64,000 bases of DNA from Hormiphora californensis (lineage: Eukaryota; Animalia; Ctenophora), in NCBI GenBank assembly GCA_020137815.1, contig CM035360.1:1674001-1738000 (forward strand), given 5' to 3'. A program made the position numbers and the translations under genes. Below, in pieces: positions 1 through 11,402 of the stretch; positions within the stretch are counted from its first letter, which is position 1, and the number at the start of each line of letters is the position of its first letter. The notes beneath the pieces are model-generated. The model saw only the letters and a program-made list of their open reading frames with translations. It was not told the DNA's origin and searched no databases.

Positions 1-39
1 AGAGAGAGAGAGAGAGAGATATCTATGTGACAGGTAGAT

Positions 40-1670
40 ATGTCACATTTAGGAGGGGAGGGGGAGAAAAGAAAAAGGGGGGGAGAGAGAGAGAGGAAAG
101 AGGAAGGGAAAAGAAGAAGAAGGATCAGGTGACGGTAATAAATTTTTTTTTGGGGGCCGTGGGGGGGAGAAAAGGGGGGGGGGAAAAAAAAAGGGGAAGA
201 AGAGAAGGGGAAGAAGGGAAGAGGAAGGGGAAAAAAAAGGGGGGGAAAAAAGGAAAGAAGAAGAAAAATAAAAAGAGGGAAGGAAAGAGAGGAAAAGGGG
301 GGAGAGAAGGAAAAGAAATTTAAAAAATTTTTTTTTTTTTTTTTTTTTCCCCCCCCCCCGGGGGGGGGGGGTTTTTTGGGGGGGGTTTTTTTTTTTTTTT
401 GGGGGGGGGGGGGGGGGCCCCCCCCCCTTTGGGGGTTTTGGGGGGCCCCCTTTTTTGGGGTTCCCCCAAATTTTTTTTTTCCCCCCTTTTTTTCCCCCCC
501 TTTCCCCCCCCCCAAATTTCCCTTTTTCTTTTTTTCTTTTTTTCCCGTTCTTTTTTTTTTTTCCCCTTTCTTTCCCCGCCCCCGGTTTTCTTTTTTTTTT
601 TCTCCCCTTTTTTTGCCCTTCCCCCTTTCCTGGGGTTTTCTGGGTTTTAAAAAAATTTTTCCCCCCTGCCCTTTCCCTTTTTTTTTGGGTTTTCCCCCCC
701 CCCTTTTCCCCCAAAAAAAATTTTTTAAAATTTTTTTTTTTTTTTTTTTTTTCTCCCTTTTGCCCCTTTGGGGCCCCCCCCTTTTTTCCCTTTTTTCCCC
801 GTGTTTTTTTAAATTTTTTTTTTGCCCCCTTTTTTTTCCCCTTTTGTTAAAACTAAAAATTTTTTTAAAAAATTTTATTTTCCCCCCTGTTTTTGGGTAA
901 AAATTTTTCCCCCCTTTTTTTTGGGTTTTTTTTTTTTTTTTAAAAAAAAATAAAAGGGGAAAAAAGGGCGGTGGACAGGGAATTAAATTTTAAAAACCCC
1001 CGGGTTTTTGGTTTTTGGGTTTTTCCCCCGGGATTGTTTTTTTTTTCAAAAACAAAAACCCCCTTCCCCCCCCCCCTTTTTTTCCCCCCTTCCCCCAAAT
1101 GTTTTTTATTGCTAAAAACCCTTTTTTTAAAATTGGGGGTTTCCCAAAGGAAAAAGGGAAAGGGAAAATGGGGGGGGTTTTTAAAGGTTTTTCCCCGGGG
1201 GGTTTTTTTTTAAAAAAAAACCCCCCTTTACCCCCCCAAAAAAACCCAAAAGGTTTTTTTAAAAATAAACTTTTTCCCCCTTTTAGTTGGGTTTAAAAAA
1301 AAAATGGGGAAAAGTCTTTCCCCTCCCTTTCCCCCCAAAAGGGGAAAACCCCGGGTCCTTTTTTTTTTTTGAAAATTTTTTAATTAAAAATTTTTTTAAA
1401 AAATTTTTGGGGGGGGGTTTTCCCCCTTTTAAATTTTCCCCCCCAAGTGTTTCCCCCCCCCCTTTTCCCTTTTTAAAAACCCCCTTTTGGGGGTTTCCCC
1501 CAAAACCCTTTTTTGGGGGGTTTTTTTTTAAAATTTTCCCGGGGGGTTTGTCCAAAAAAAAATTTTTCCTTTAAAAAAAGAAAACCTTTATCAAATTTTT
1601 TAATTTTCCATGGGGGGTTTTAAAGGGCTTTAAAAAAATTAATAAACCCTATCGGTTTTTTTTTTTTCCC
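40..1670. other. Homopolymer-inflated low-quality sequence (probable sequencing/assembly artefact)
   Basis: Almost entirely runs of A/C/G/T, starting right after an (AG)n tract; ORFs translate only to F/P/K/G. Confidence 0.9.
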
Positions 1671-1679
1671 GGCTCGTAA

Positions 1680-2260
1680 CCCATCAAATTTAATCACGAC
1701 GACGATCCCGAGGCGTAGCCGAGGGAGAGGCGGAGGGTTTAAACCTATAACGTGCCAGTGGTCAGAGTTTATGGGTTATATACCCTGCTTTAGTTGTTTA
1801 TTTCAAGTATTACACACCAACAAGAGAGAGAACACTAATCAAAACACACAAAGAGAACTGAGAAATAGTTAAAAACACGTCACAATTGAGTGTACACTGT
1901 TTGGTAACAGTTATTAAGCAGTTGCTAAGGAAAGAGAGTGAAAGAAATAGCCTGATAAGGGGCATGTCACAAATAACACAGAGAAAGAGATAGTGAGACA
2001 AAAGGGGAGATAAAGAGAGAGAAATTGACGGAATGTGTCCTTTCTTTCTCTCCAATGTAGTGTGTAAGTGTTGCACATAGTGTTCCCTCTGTATTTTAGT
2101 AAGAACTGATCATTTACACACACTTTGAATGTTACGTAGGAGTTAAAAATAAATAACCTGCCAGTGGGAAATAATCTGCCGCTGGACTGGCTGTTTACTG
2201 AGAGCGCGCTAGTGGGACTTCTCGCCACTGGCGCATTATTTAAGTTAGCAGGGTATATAT
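1680..2260 (-). mobile_element. Unclassified non-autonomous DNA element, related to 37430-38300
   Basis: Reverse complement shares GTTATAGGTTTAAA...CCCTCGGCT..CGCCTCGGGATCG and a CT-rich body with 37780-38200; inverted repeat TATATACCCTGCT at 1777-1789 / 2247-2259. Confidence 0.5.
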
Positions 2261-2286
2261 GTGTATGAACAATTCAAATGTTTCAG

Positions 2287-3925
2287 GGGTGTTGGAGTGG
2301 TACAAACAGAGTGTCCGATAGCATTCAAAACATGTGATTTTATCTTGGATAGCAAGGGGAGGATGACCCTCCTTCATGATACAACTACTGCTGATAGGAT
2401 CATATCAACTCTAGATCCCACCAGGGTCGTTGAAACTGACTGTAAGTTAAAATCATTAGGTAGTCCTGTTATAGTGTGTACACGAGTCTCAGTCAATTCT
2501 ATCAAAATCAGTAAAATCACTAATCAGAGACCGGGTTTTCACCAGATAAAGGCTTAGTAACTTGAAATTAAGTGAAATCCCAAATCATTAGGTAGTAGTT
2601 GTGTACCCGAGTCTCTGTCAACTCCATCAAAATTAAAATCAAAACCACGTTCTCACCAAAAATAAGAGAATTGGTAGGTCTCACTACTAGGGGATTTGTC
2701 TGACTTACCTAGAATCTAGATCTTGTCGAGTGTCGAACAGATATCATAACAAATTGTAACTCAACAAATACTAGTCCTGACTGCATAGTAACAACCATTT
2801 TCCCTGTTCAGCGGTTGTTGGATCCTCCTATGTGAAGGAATGTTTAGTAGGACTTTATCCCATCCTTCGAGCCTCTCTAAAAGACAAATCTGCTATTCCC
2901 CGTGCAATACGATTGGTAAGCTAGTAGTATAGGTTGTTCAAGTTCAAATGAGATACGAAGCTTTTCAAATTTCTGAATCAGCCTTCCAAGACGAATCTAA
3001 CGCAACCGGAATTACATTTTTATCTTATCGGGAAGGTTTGGTTCATTTAGACACTATCAGCCACTGCACCAATTATGGAAATATAGCTGTCTAGCTCGAC
3101 CCTCTTTCCGTGCGCTCTGGAACTTAACAAAATTCGTTACATTCAGCATCTAATTTCAGCTTAAGTTGGTATCAAGTGTAACACAAGCTCTAACGTTTCC
3201 ACGATCACGCTTAACGTGTAGAACCTACGAGGTGAAAATGTTAAACAACTGTGGATATGTCATCAGGTACAATCACTTTCCACTGAAACAGATACTGGAC
3301 TTTCGATCATTTTCAGACTTTTATCCATGTCTCTCAAATCGTAATGTTGACACGTTTTGATTCTCAAGTAAAACAGTGCGCTCAGAATATGAGTCAGATC
3401 GGGTCAGCGCCGCCAAAGACCCAAACAGTATCAAATCATGTTTGATACCTAGCTGGATTCTCTAACTATTAATTAATACTACCCCATTCCAGAGTGTATG
3501 CGGACCCTAGTGAGGTTGCGGTACACCCGGTGGATAGTGATTGTCTGGATAGGAGTAGGCTCTACGGACGGGTCCTCAACTGGGCCTCACTACTACCTAC
3601 CATGGTGTTCTCTAATCTCGTCACAGAGCTAACTTTCGAGGTATACAGCTTACTACGCTATAGTGAGAAACGCTTTAGTAAGAAAACTTTTCATACTCTC
3701 GTGTTTTAAGAAACGCTTTAGAAACTTTTCATACAATTGTTACAAGTTGTAACAATTGTTACAACTAGCACCACTATTTGTTTTCTTTTTCAGCCTTCAA
3801 CTAAATTCCCCTCTCTTTGTGACAGGTGCCTCAATCTACCAAGAAATGTGAAGTGGTTGAAAAAGCGAAACTGCTACGGACGGATTCCGTCTTGGTTTCC
3901 GATGTTTGAGTGCAGCTGTGACTGA
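2287..3925 (+). CDS. 3' exons of an unidentified spliced gene (Cys-rich C-terminus ...FPMFECSCD*)
   Basis: Open segments bounded by YAG/GT: 2287-~2441, 2811-~2915, 3493-3640, 3794-3925; one phase mismatch between the second and third segments; no recognisable domain. Confidence 0.4.
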
Positions 3926-4245
3926 TCACAGTCCTGACTGCATACTGCATTTCATTATGGGATTTATCTACCAACAAAAACACTAATTATAAATATGTAT
4001 AATTTATACCCTTGTTGTCGGTCTGACATGTCCGTGTCCCCGTGTTAATGTTATTAAACGGGTAGCTAATAATGAATCTCAATCAGTGCTTTTATTGAAC
4101 TTGAAGGTCAAAGGAACTAATTATATATAATTATCGATAAGAGTAATACATAATTGTGCACGTGAACTTGAAGTGCGAGAACCGTTCATATGCAAACAAA
4201 TTAAATGTTAAATCAATGATATGCATAAAATGTGTGGACTTCTTA

Positions 4246-4541
<296 letters not shown>

Positions 4542-4879
4542 ACAATGGGCGCAAGATTCTGAGATGTTGACTGCCGGCATCAGCCGCGCTCCCCTCCTCC
4601 GCGCGTAGACATGGCCTCGCCGCGCGCGTCGCTGCACTGAATAAAAATCTAAACTGAAAATTTGAAACTTGCAAAAAAGAAAATTTGAAAAGCGCTGCCT
4701 TATCCCGCGTTTGCCAAAAAGAAAATCGAAAATTTTGGTGTGCCCTGCCGTATCGATATTCGAGCTGGACCGAGTTATGGGCTTCATCTGCCAAATATGC
4801 ATATTTCCAATTCCAAAAATAGATAGATAACTAAAATGGGAACTTTTCAACACTACTTTAAACAAATTAATTTGAGAAG

Positions 4880-6058
4880 ATGACACGGACGAGAGGGGCG
4901 GCTGCAGAGCTAGCAGATGCGGAGAAGATGTTCTGCCTACTATGTAAAACGCCAAGAGATCCTGCGGACCCACCCATACCCCGGGATGTGAGTAAACTTG
5001 TGGGATTGTGCTGGCTGTGCCCCCCGTGTTTTGGTTCGGTGGACACTGGGAAGGTTAAGGGGTCAGGGCTGACGGGGGCTAGCGGGGACGAGATTGCTCG
5101 ATGTGTTGTGAGTGAGCTTGGGAAAACGGCTGCTCCTAATTCGATGGATGAACAACTGCAGGCTTTTAAAAGTGACATTCTAGAAACGATGAACTGACTA
5201 TGAAGGCATTTATGGACAAATTTGACAAGAGTCCTGCTACTACCTGTGCCACACCTAAACCTGCTAATTCTCACTCTCCGTATGCTGCTGCTCTTAATAA
5301 ACCTGTAACTACTGCTAAACTAACTGTAACTGGTAACTCTGATGTGCTACAATCCACCAACAGCCTTCTAACTAAAACACCAACGACTTACCGCAGAACG
5401 AACGCTGATGGCTCTGTTGTGTATGGTTTTAAAACTGCAGCAGATCTTACACGGGCTACAGAGAAGATTAACACGGCTAACACGGGGGTGAAGCTGGAGG
5501 AGTATGTTTCTAAGCCGCTGCTGACGATTCGAAACGCAGAAGTTTCTTTCATTCCAAGTGATGTGGTTGACAAGAAAATAACTGATGAGCTGATTATTGA
5601 TTCGATTAAAGTGCTAAATAGCGATATTGCTGAGGCGCTAGATAAGAGTGAGACAATGGAAGTGATATTCTTTCAGCGTCACCGGCAGAGACCTGACCTT
5701 GCCACTGTTGGGCTAAGGGTCACTCGTCCGCTGAGTGAACTCTTGCTTAACAAGGGGCATATTCATTTGGGTCACTTCCTCTGTCCGGTTGAAAAAGCGC
5801 TATTCAGTGAAGCAGTGTTTTAAGTGTCAGGGTTTTGGTCATGTTTTGAAAGAATGTAAAGCAGTCTCCCCAACGTGTTTTAGATGTGCGAGTCACGACC
5901 ATTATGGTAGAGATTGTGATAAGAAAGCGAGAGAGTTTAGAAAGTGTTCTAACTGTGCTGAGTCGAGTAACCCCTTATTCAAATCAGGTGCCATGTCCCA
6001 CAACGCTGCTTCTATAGACTGCCCCGTTCTCCATCAACACGTAAAATCAAAAAACTAG
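4880..6058 (+). CDS. LINE ORF1 (N-terminal Cys-rich/PHD-like motif, C-terminal gag-like CCHC knuckles), two frameshifts
   Basis: Pieces 4880-5197, 5200-5823 and ~5795-6058; CFKCQGFGHVLKEC, CFRCASHDHYGRDC, CSNC..HNAASIDC; 1-nt indels near 5193 and in the A5 run at 5792-5796. Confidence 0.85.
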
Positions 6059-6060
6059 GA

Positions 6061-8970
6061 GTGCAAAGAAGGCGTCAGCTACGAATCGGACTGCTAAACT
6101 GCTTTTCGCTCCGCAACAAGACCCTCGACGTTCTAGAGATGGCATTGGACAATGACATTGATGTGCTCACCCTCACAGAGACCTGGATGAGGAAAGAAGA
6201 CTTAGCAATCTGCTCTGAAATCCGAGAAGTATCCTTTAACGTTCTCCATACGCCCAGAGGTAGTAGAGGAGGAGGAGTGGCAACACTGACGAAGAGGAAT
6301 ATCTGCATGCGTAAAGTCAATGTGCAAAGAAAATTTCGGAGCTTTGAATGCCAAGAGGTTCTGCTGAAGCCACCTGCCAACTGTCGGATACTTGTTGTTT
6401 ATCGCCCAGGAACAGCAGGTCAGTTCAACTCCTTTATTGAGGAATTTGAGGACCTGCTTGTGTCATTGACTGAGCAGCGCCACTGCAGTGTCATCTGTGG
6501 AGATCTCAATATCCACATGGAGCGATCATCTGACCCACTTACGATTAGGTTCAAAACACTACTTTCAGAGCTTGGTTGGGAGAATGCAGTTGAAGTTCCA
6601 ACCCACAATAAGGGTGGGACTTTAGACCTCATATTGACTAAGGCTGATGAGTTGTCTACAGCAGCTGTGAAGATTTCAGAAGTATCTGTTACTCCTCACC
6701 CTGCTGCACCGGATCACTACCTAGTAACCTGCCTTGCGGATCTTCCCTCACCAAATACTGATCAGTATATGATTCGAAGTGGACGAAACATCAAAGGAAT
6801 TGACCGAGAGCTGCTAAAAGAAGAAATATTGTGTTCGGACCTGTGCGATGACTTACCAGATCAGTTGGAAGAATGCGTTGATCTGTACAACAATACACTG
6901 GGAAGTATTCTTGACAATCTGGCCCCCACCGAGGAAAAGAAGGTGAAGATAAGAACTGTCCCAAGATGGATGAAAAATGTCACCTGCCTGAGAGTGAGAC
7001 GAATCCGCCGAGCTAAAGAGAGGAGATGGAAGTCGCGACTACTGAAATCATGCAACGCCAGGGTTCTTACATCAGTCTTCATAGAATGGAAAGAAGCAAG
7101 CAAAGTTTCTGTAAAAACCCTCGAGGATGCAAGATCCAAGTACTACCAAGCTGAGTTTGAACGACTGCAGGGCAATGCAAAAGGGATGTACTCTGTGGTA
7201 AACGGACTCCTTGGAATTGAAAAAACTCCAACGACTCTACCATCTGATAAAGAACCAAGCCAGCTTGCACCTGAATTCAACGAGTACTTCAAATCGAAAG
7301 TGACCAAGATCTACCAACAGATAGAGTCTCAATCCATTCCACCCCCTGCAGTCACCCCTCAGCCAGATAAACCAACAACAAAGTTCACTGCCTTTTCTCC
7401 AGTATCTGATGAAGAACTTCTAAAGATGATCAGGGAAATGAACAGGAAGCACTGCCAGCTTGACCCGATGCCAACATCCCTAATCATGGAGTGTCTACCA
7501 GTTTTACTTCCTTCAATCTCCAAGATCGTGAATGATAGTCTCCTCACCGGTATCTTCCCACAGTCATTCAAAGAGGCAATAATCAGACCATCTTTCAAGG
7601 GAAAGGAGCTAGACCCAGAGGATCTCTCAAGTTATCGCCCTGTAAGCAATCTGTCGTTCATCTCCAAGGTAGTGGAGAAGGCTGTCAGTATCCAGCTCGT
7701 GGACTACCTCGAAGATAATGGCTTGTTTCCCTCTCATCAGTCAGCCTATCGCAAATTCCACTCCTGTGAAACAGCCACCCTGAAGATTGTGAACGATCTG
7801 TTGGTTTTATTGGACTCCAAATCAAAGACTATCCTTTTGTTACTGGACCTCAGTGCTGCTTTTGATACTGTGAAACACAGCCGACTCCTGATGAAGTTAG
7901 AAGATCAGTATGGGATCTCTGGCAACGCTTTGAAATGGTTTCAATCTTACCTACAGAGTAGATCAACATCTGTGCTACTGGAAAACAACCGATCTGACAC
8001 CCTGGAGGTTGAAATTGGAGTTCCTCAGGGCAGTATATTGGGACCCGTTCTCTTTGTGCTATACACCAGGGATCTTCAAGACATTGCTCGTGTCTACGAT
8101 CTCAACATTCACCTTTTCGCTGATGACACGCAAATTTATGTGAGCTTTGATGAAAACAACACGGATGACGTGTTCAGACGACTCCAGCGATGTTTCAAAC
8201 ACATTCAATGGTGGATGGGAGAGAACTTTCTAAAGTTAAACCCTTCAAAGACTGAAGTTCTAGTGCTGACCAACAAGGCGGACAAGTCATCCATTCCAGA
8301 AACGTTATGTTTAGATCCTGACGAAGAAGACTTCAAAGTAGCAGAAACAGCAAGAAACCTAGGGATTTGGTTTGACTCCAAGCTGTCAATGACTGAACAC
8401 ATTTCCAGGACTGTCCGCTCTTGCTGGGCCCAGCTTTCGAACCTGTGGAGAATTGGAAACAGGCTAAATCGGCAGACAAAGATCCAGTTGGTTCACACCC
8501 TGATCCATTCTCGCTTGGACTACGGAAATGCCTTACTGAAGCAAGCCTCGAAAAAAGATATAAACCGTCTACAGAAAGTCCAGAACAGTGCTGTCAGGTT
8601 CATCAACAACCACAGGAGACGACGAGGTGTAACGAAACTGAGGAGAGAACTGCACTTCCTTCCAGTGAACGCTAGGATTGACTTCAAGATATTGCTATTG
8701 ACCTACAAGTGCATCAATGGATTAGCACCTCTATATCTGCAAGATCTCATCACACCGAGGACACAGACTGGACGCAACCTTCGAAACGATAATGATCTGA
8801 CACTTCTCGAAAGATCCTTCTCTTCTAAGTACCGTCAAACCAGTGCTGCATTCAGCATAAGTGCCCCAAAGCTCTGGAATGGACTTCCTCGAGGCATCCG
8901 TGAATCATCAACTGTGGAAATGTTTAAAACTAGATTAAAGACTCATCTTTTTAGACTAGCGTACGAGTGA
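6061..8970 (+). CDS. LINE ORF2: apurinic endonuclease + reverse transcriptase (L2-like), intact, no ATG start
   Basis: LTETW, GGGV, CGDLN, TLDLI, PDHY (APE); YRPVSNL, LDLSAAFDTV, GVPQGSILGP, FADD (RT); L2-type C-terminus LWNGLP..FKTRLKTHLF. Confidence 0.97.
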   Translation: MQRRRQLRIGLLNCFSLRNKTLDVLEMALDNDIDVLTLTETWMRKEDLAICSEIREVSFNVLHTPRGSRGGGVATLTKRNICMRKVNVQRKFRSFECQEVLLKPPANCRILVVYRPGTAGQFNSFIEEFEDLLVSLTEQRHCSVICGDLNIHMERSSDPLTIRFKTLLSELGWENAVEVPTHNKGGTLDLILTKADELSTAAVKISEVSVTPHPAAPDHYLVTCLADLPSPNTDQYMIRSGRNIKGIDRELLKEEILCSDLCDDLPDQLEECVDLYNNTLGSILDNLAPTEEKKVKIRTVPRWMKNVTCLRVRRIRRAKERRWKSRLLKSCNARVLTSVFIEWKEASKVSVKTLEDARSKYYQAEFERLQGNAKGMYSVVNGLLGIEKTPTTLPSDKEPSQLAPEFNEYFKSKVTKIYQQIESQSIPPPAVTPQPDKPTTKFTAFSPVSDEELLKMIREMNRKHCQLDPMPTSLIMECLPVLLPSISKIVNDSLLTGIFPQSFKEAIIRPSFKGKELDPEDLSSYRPVSNLSFISKVVEKAVSIQLVDYLEDNGLFPSHQSAYRKFHSCETATLKIVNDLLVLLDSKSKTILLLLDLSAAFDTVKHSRLLMKLEDQYGISGNALKWFQSYLQSRSTSVLLENNRSDTLEVEIGVPQGSILGPVLFVLYTRDLQDIARVYDLNIHLFADDTQIYVSFDENNTDDVFRRLQRCFKHIQWWMGENFLKLNPSKTEVLVLTNKADKSSIPETLCLDPDEEDFKVAETARNLGIWFDSKLSMTEHISRTVRSCWAQLSNLWRIGNRLNRQTKIQLVHTLIHSRLDYGNALLKQASKKDINRLQKVQNSAVRFINNHRRRRGVTKLRRELHFLPVNARIDFKILLLTYKCINGLAPLYLQDLITPRTQTGRNLRNDNDLTLLERSFSSKYRQTSAAFSISAPKLWNGLPRGIRESSTVEMFKTRLKTHLFRLAYE

Positions 8971-10518
8971 TTAGTGAATGATTGTTTTCGAACTTGTAAC
9001 TTGAGTTTTTTACCTCATAGTATGTTTTCTTGAATTGAAAGGTTAAATTGTAACATGAGTTTTCAACCTCATGACGTGTGACTTTTCTTGAATTGAGAGG
9101 TTAAATTGTAACATGAGTTTTCTTCCTCATGACGTGTGACTTTCAATGTATATCTCCTATGCTGTATTATGAACTTGTGTTTCTGAGTTGACGCTGAGTT
9201 GAGACTGAGACTTTACTTTTGGAGCTCTTGTTTATTTATGACATGGAGTTGTTTCTGTATCACTGTGTGTGGTGTGTGAGTAATGAAATTCAGAATGAAA
9301 TTGTATTTATATTAATTTTTCCATTTACTGAGCATGGGTTGAGAACGAGTTTCGAGTTCTGTTTGTATGTGTGCAGTGTGTTACGGATTTCATTCCAGTG
9401 TTTCTGAATCAGCCTGTCGCATAGAGTGTGGAGGACTAGGTTCTGTTTAGGTAGGATCTTCTAGGTTTTACTGCTAGACAGTAGTTCGTATGTGTGTGTT
9501 TCTAACTTTTTTAAACAATTTTCTATATTTAACTAATCTAACTCTAATTTATTATCTCCGGCCAGTATCTATGCATAACTTTTTATCTAATTATTCCAAG
9601 ACGACCGCTTTAGTCGCGGTGGAGAGATGTTCATACAACACTAGCCATTAGGTTTTTTAGTTGTTTCCTCCATTTATAACGCATAAAAGCGGTATATCAA
9701 ATGTATATTATTATTATTATTATTATTATTATTACTTCTTCGGGCTCAAATGCTGTGTATCGTATGGACACAAGTGAGTTTAAGCTAGTATGATTTCTCC
9801 CCCGCTCCTTGGTTCTCCTACAGGTGAAGCAGAAGGATCCTCACCCAGGTTGTATAAGACAGTATCGATTGTTTAAGGGCTAAAGCCCTGGAGCTAAAAT
9901 ATTCATTTCTGGATCTCTAGATCCAAGAGCATATTCTATTAATCTGCAGTAAGCAGAGACAGTATATTTCATCATCCGATTTAAATATGGTTTAACTAAC
10001 AAAACTTACCTTCAGAAAATATCTTCTTGAAAAATATCTGGAAATCCTTGGTATAAAACTAACCGCTTTTGAAACGAGAGTTAGTGAGACGAAGTCCGCA
10101 CCAAGTGATGCTAGTAGTCAAGACCTAACAGAACTCGTGTTGTTCTTTAAAATATGGACAATGAAAAGCGGACAATAAATGTATATTTGTATTTGTATTT
10201 GTATAAATAGCGTCATTTTCCCAATTTTGGCGAATTTTCTCCATCTTCTTCCTGTCTTTCACCCGAAAAGTGAGTCCTGGACCCACTGGAAACAGCCTTT
10301 CTTCGTCCCTCAGCTTCTGAATTGAGCACCTCGTCTAAACTTTCGACGAAAACGCTGCTAATAGAAACTGCGCTACTCTAGCTGAGCTTTTTGAAATGCT
10401 GAACTTTTTAGGTACCTTTGGGCCTTGACATGCAATACAGTAAGACCTACTACCGGACACAGCAACAGGAAGAGTTTGTAACTTAAGTTAAAATAACAAC
10501 AACAACTATTCATTTAGC

Positions 10519-11273
10519 ATGATGTTGTGGAAAAGAGGCCTTCATACAACTCCACGTTTGTTCCAATTCCAAAAAGACAGGTGTCCTCACCGAAACGGGC
10601 GTGTGTTCGACTTGTGATAAACACTTTTTCAACGAACGTGGGCCTTCTTCCGAAGAATTCAAAGAGTTTATCTTGTGGTGTCACAAACGACAGCCCTCTA
10701 AGAGTCCCTATTTGAAAACTATTGAAGGAAATTCAAAGACGATTCTTGCTGAACTGGAAGTACTTGAGCGATATGTTAACATTCTCCCTCATCGGTCATC
10801 TATTAAATATATTGTGGATGGGGCAAATGTAACTAAACAAGGCCGATTATCGAGCCTTGGAACGTCTTTAAATCCGGGTGAAGCTCTAGAGATATCACGG
10901 CCTAGCTTTCCATTTTTCATCCGTCCTATAACATCCGATCCAGCTTCCGGGAAAAAGTATTATTTGGATTGTAAACTCGTTTTTGCAGACTATGACGATC
11001 TGTTGTGCATTTTCATGTGTCTCTTACTGCCGAGAACAAGGATATATACCGAGGATAAGTTTGAAGATCATGTTAGGAAGGCTCACCATTTTTCAGAGAG
11101 TTTTGGAAGGGTACCTTTCCCCTTTTTTGACTGAAAGGTTGTGTAAAGACTTCCGGGAGGAGTGTGTGATAGATAAAGGGGATGTTTTACATAGGGTAGT
11201 AGGAAGATTCAGTCTCTGTGAGGCTAAAGAATCAAACACTTCGATTTATACACATGTTTTTTTACTTAAATAA
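10519..11273 (+). CDS. PRORP: PRORP (protein-only RNase P)-like Zn/NYN nuclease, frameshifted (pseudogene or assembly indels)
   Basis: GVCSTC (CxxC), IVDGANV, YDDLL, YTEDKFEDH and, after a frameshift, KGDVLH..C match the PRORP motif order; indels near 10571-10575 and ~11100-11130; degraded upstream exons possible at 9740-10478. Confidence 0.7.
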
Positions 11274-11402
11274 TTGCTAATTTGTATGATATTTTTATAA
11301 AAAATCCATCCGATTGACCAATTTTCCTTGCAACAATTTGGTAAACTAACCGATGCCACCACATTTCCCCTAGTGTTTAGCTTTCTCTCCCTTACCTACA
11401 CC

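Noticed and set aside
27-1670. Many F/P/K/G-rich ORFs
   Set aside because: Products of homopolymer-inflated artefactual sequence
5190-5205. TGA-CT-ATG as stop-restart or programmed recoding in LINE ORF1
   Set aside because: A single missing base restores one ORF, and a compensating extra A occurs near 5795; mutation or consensus error is simpler
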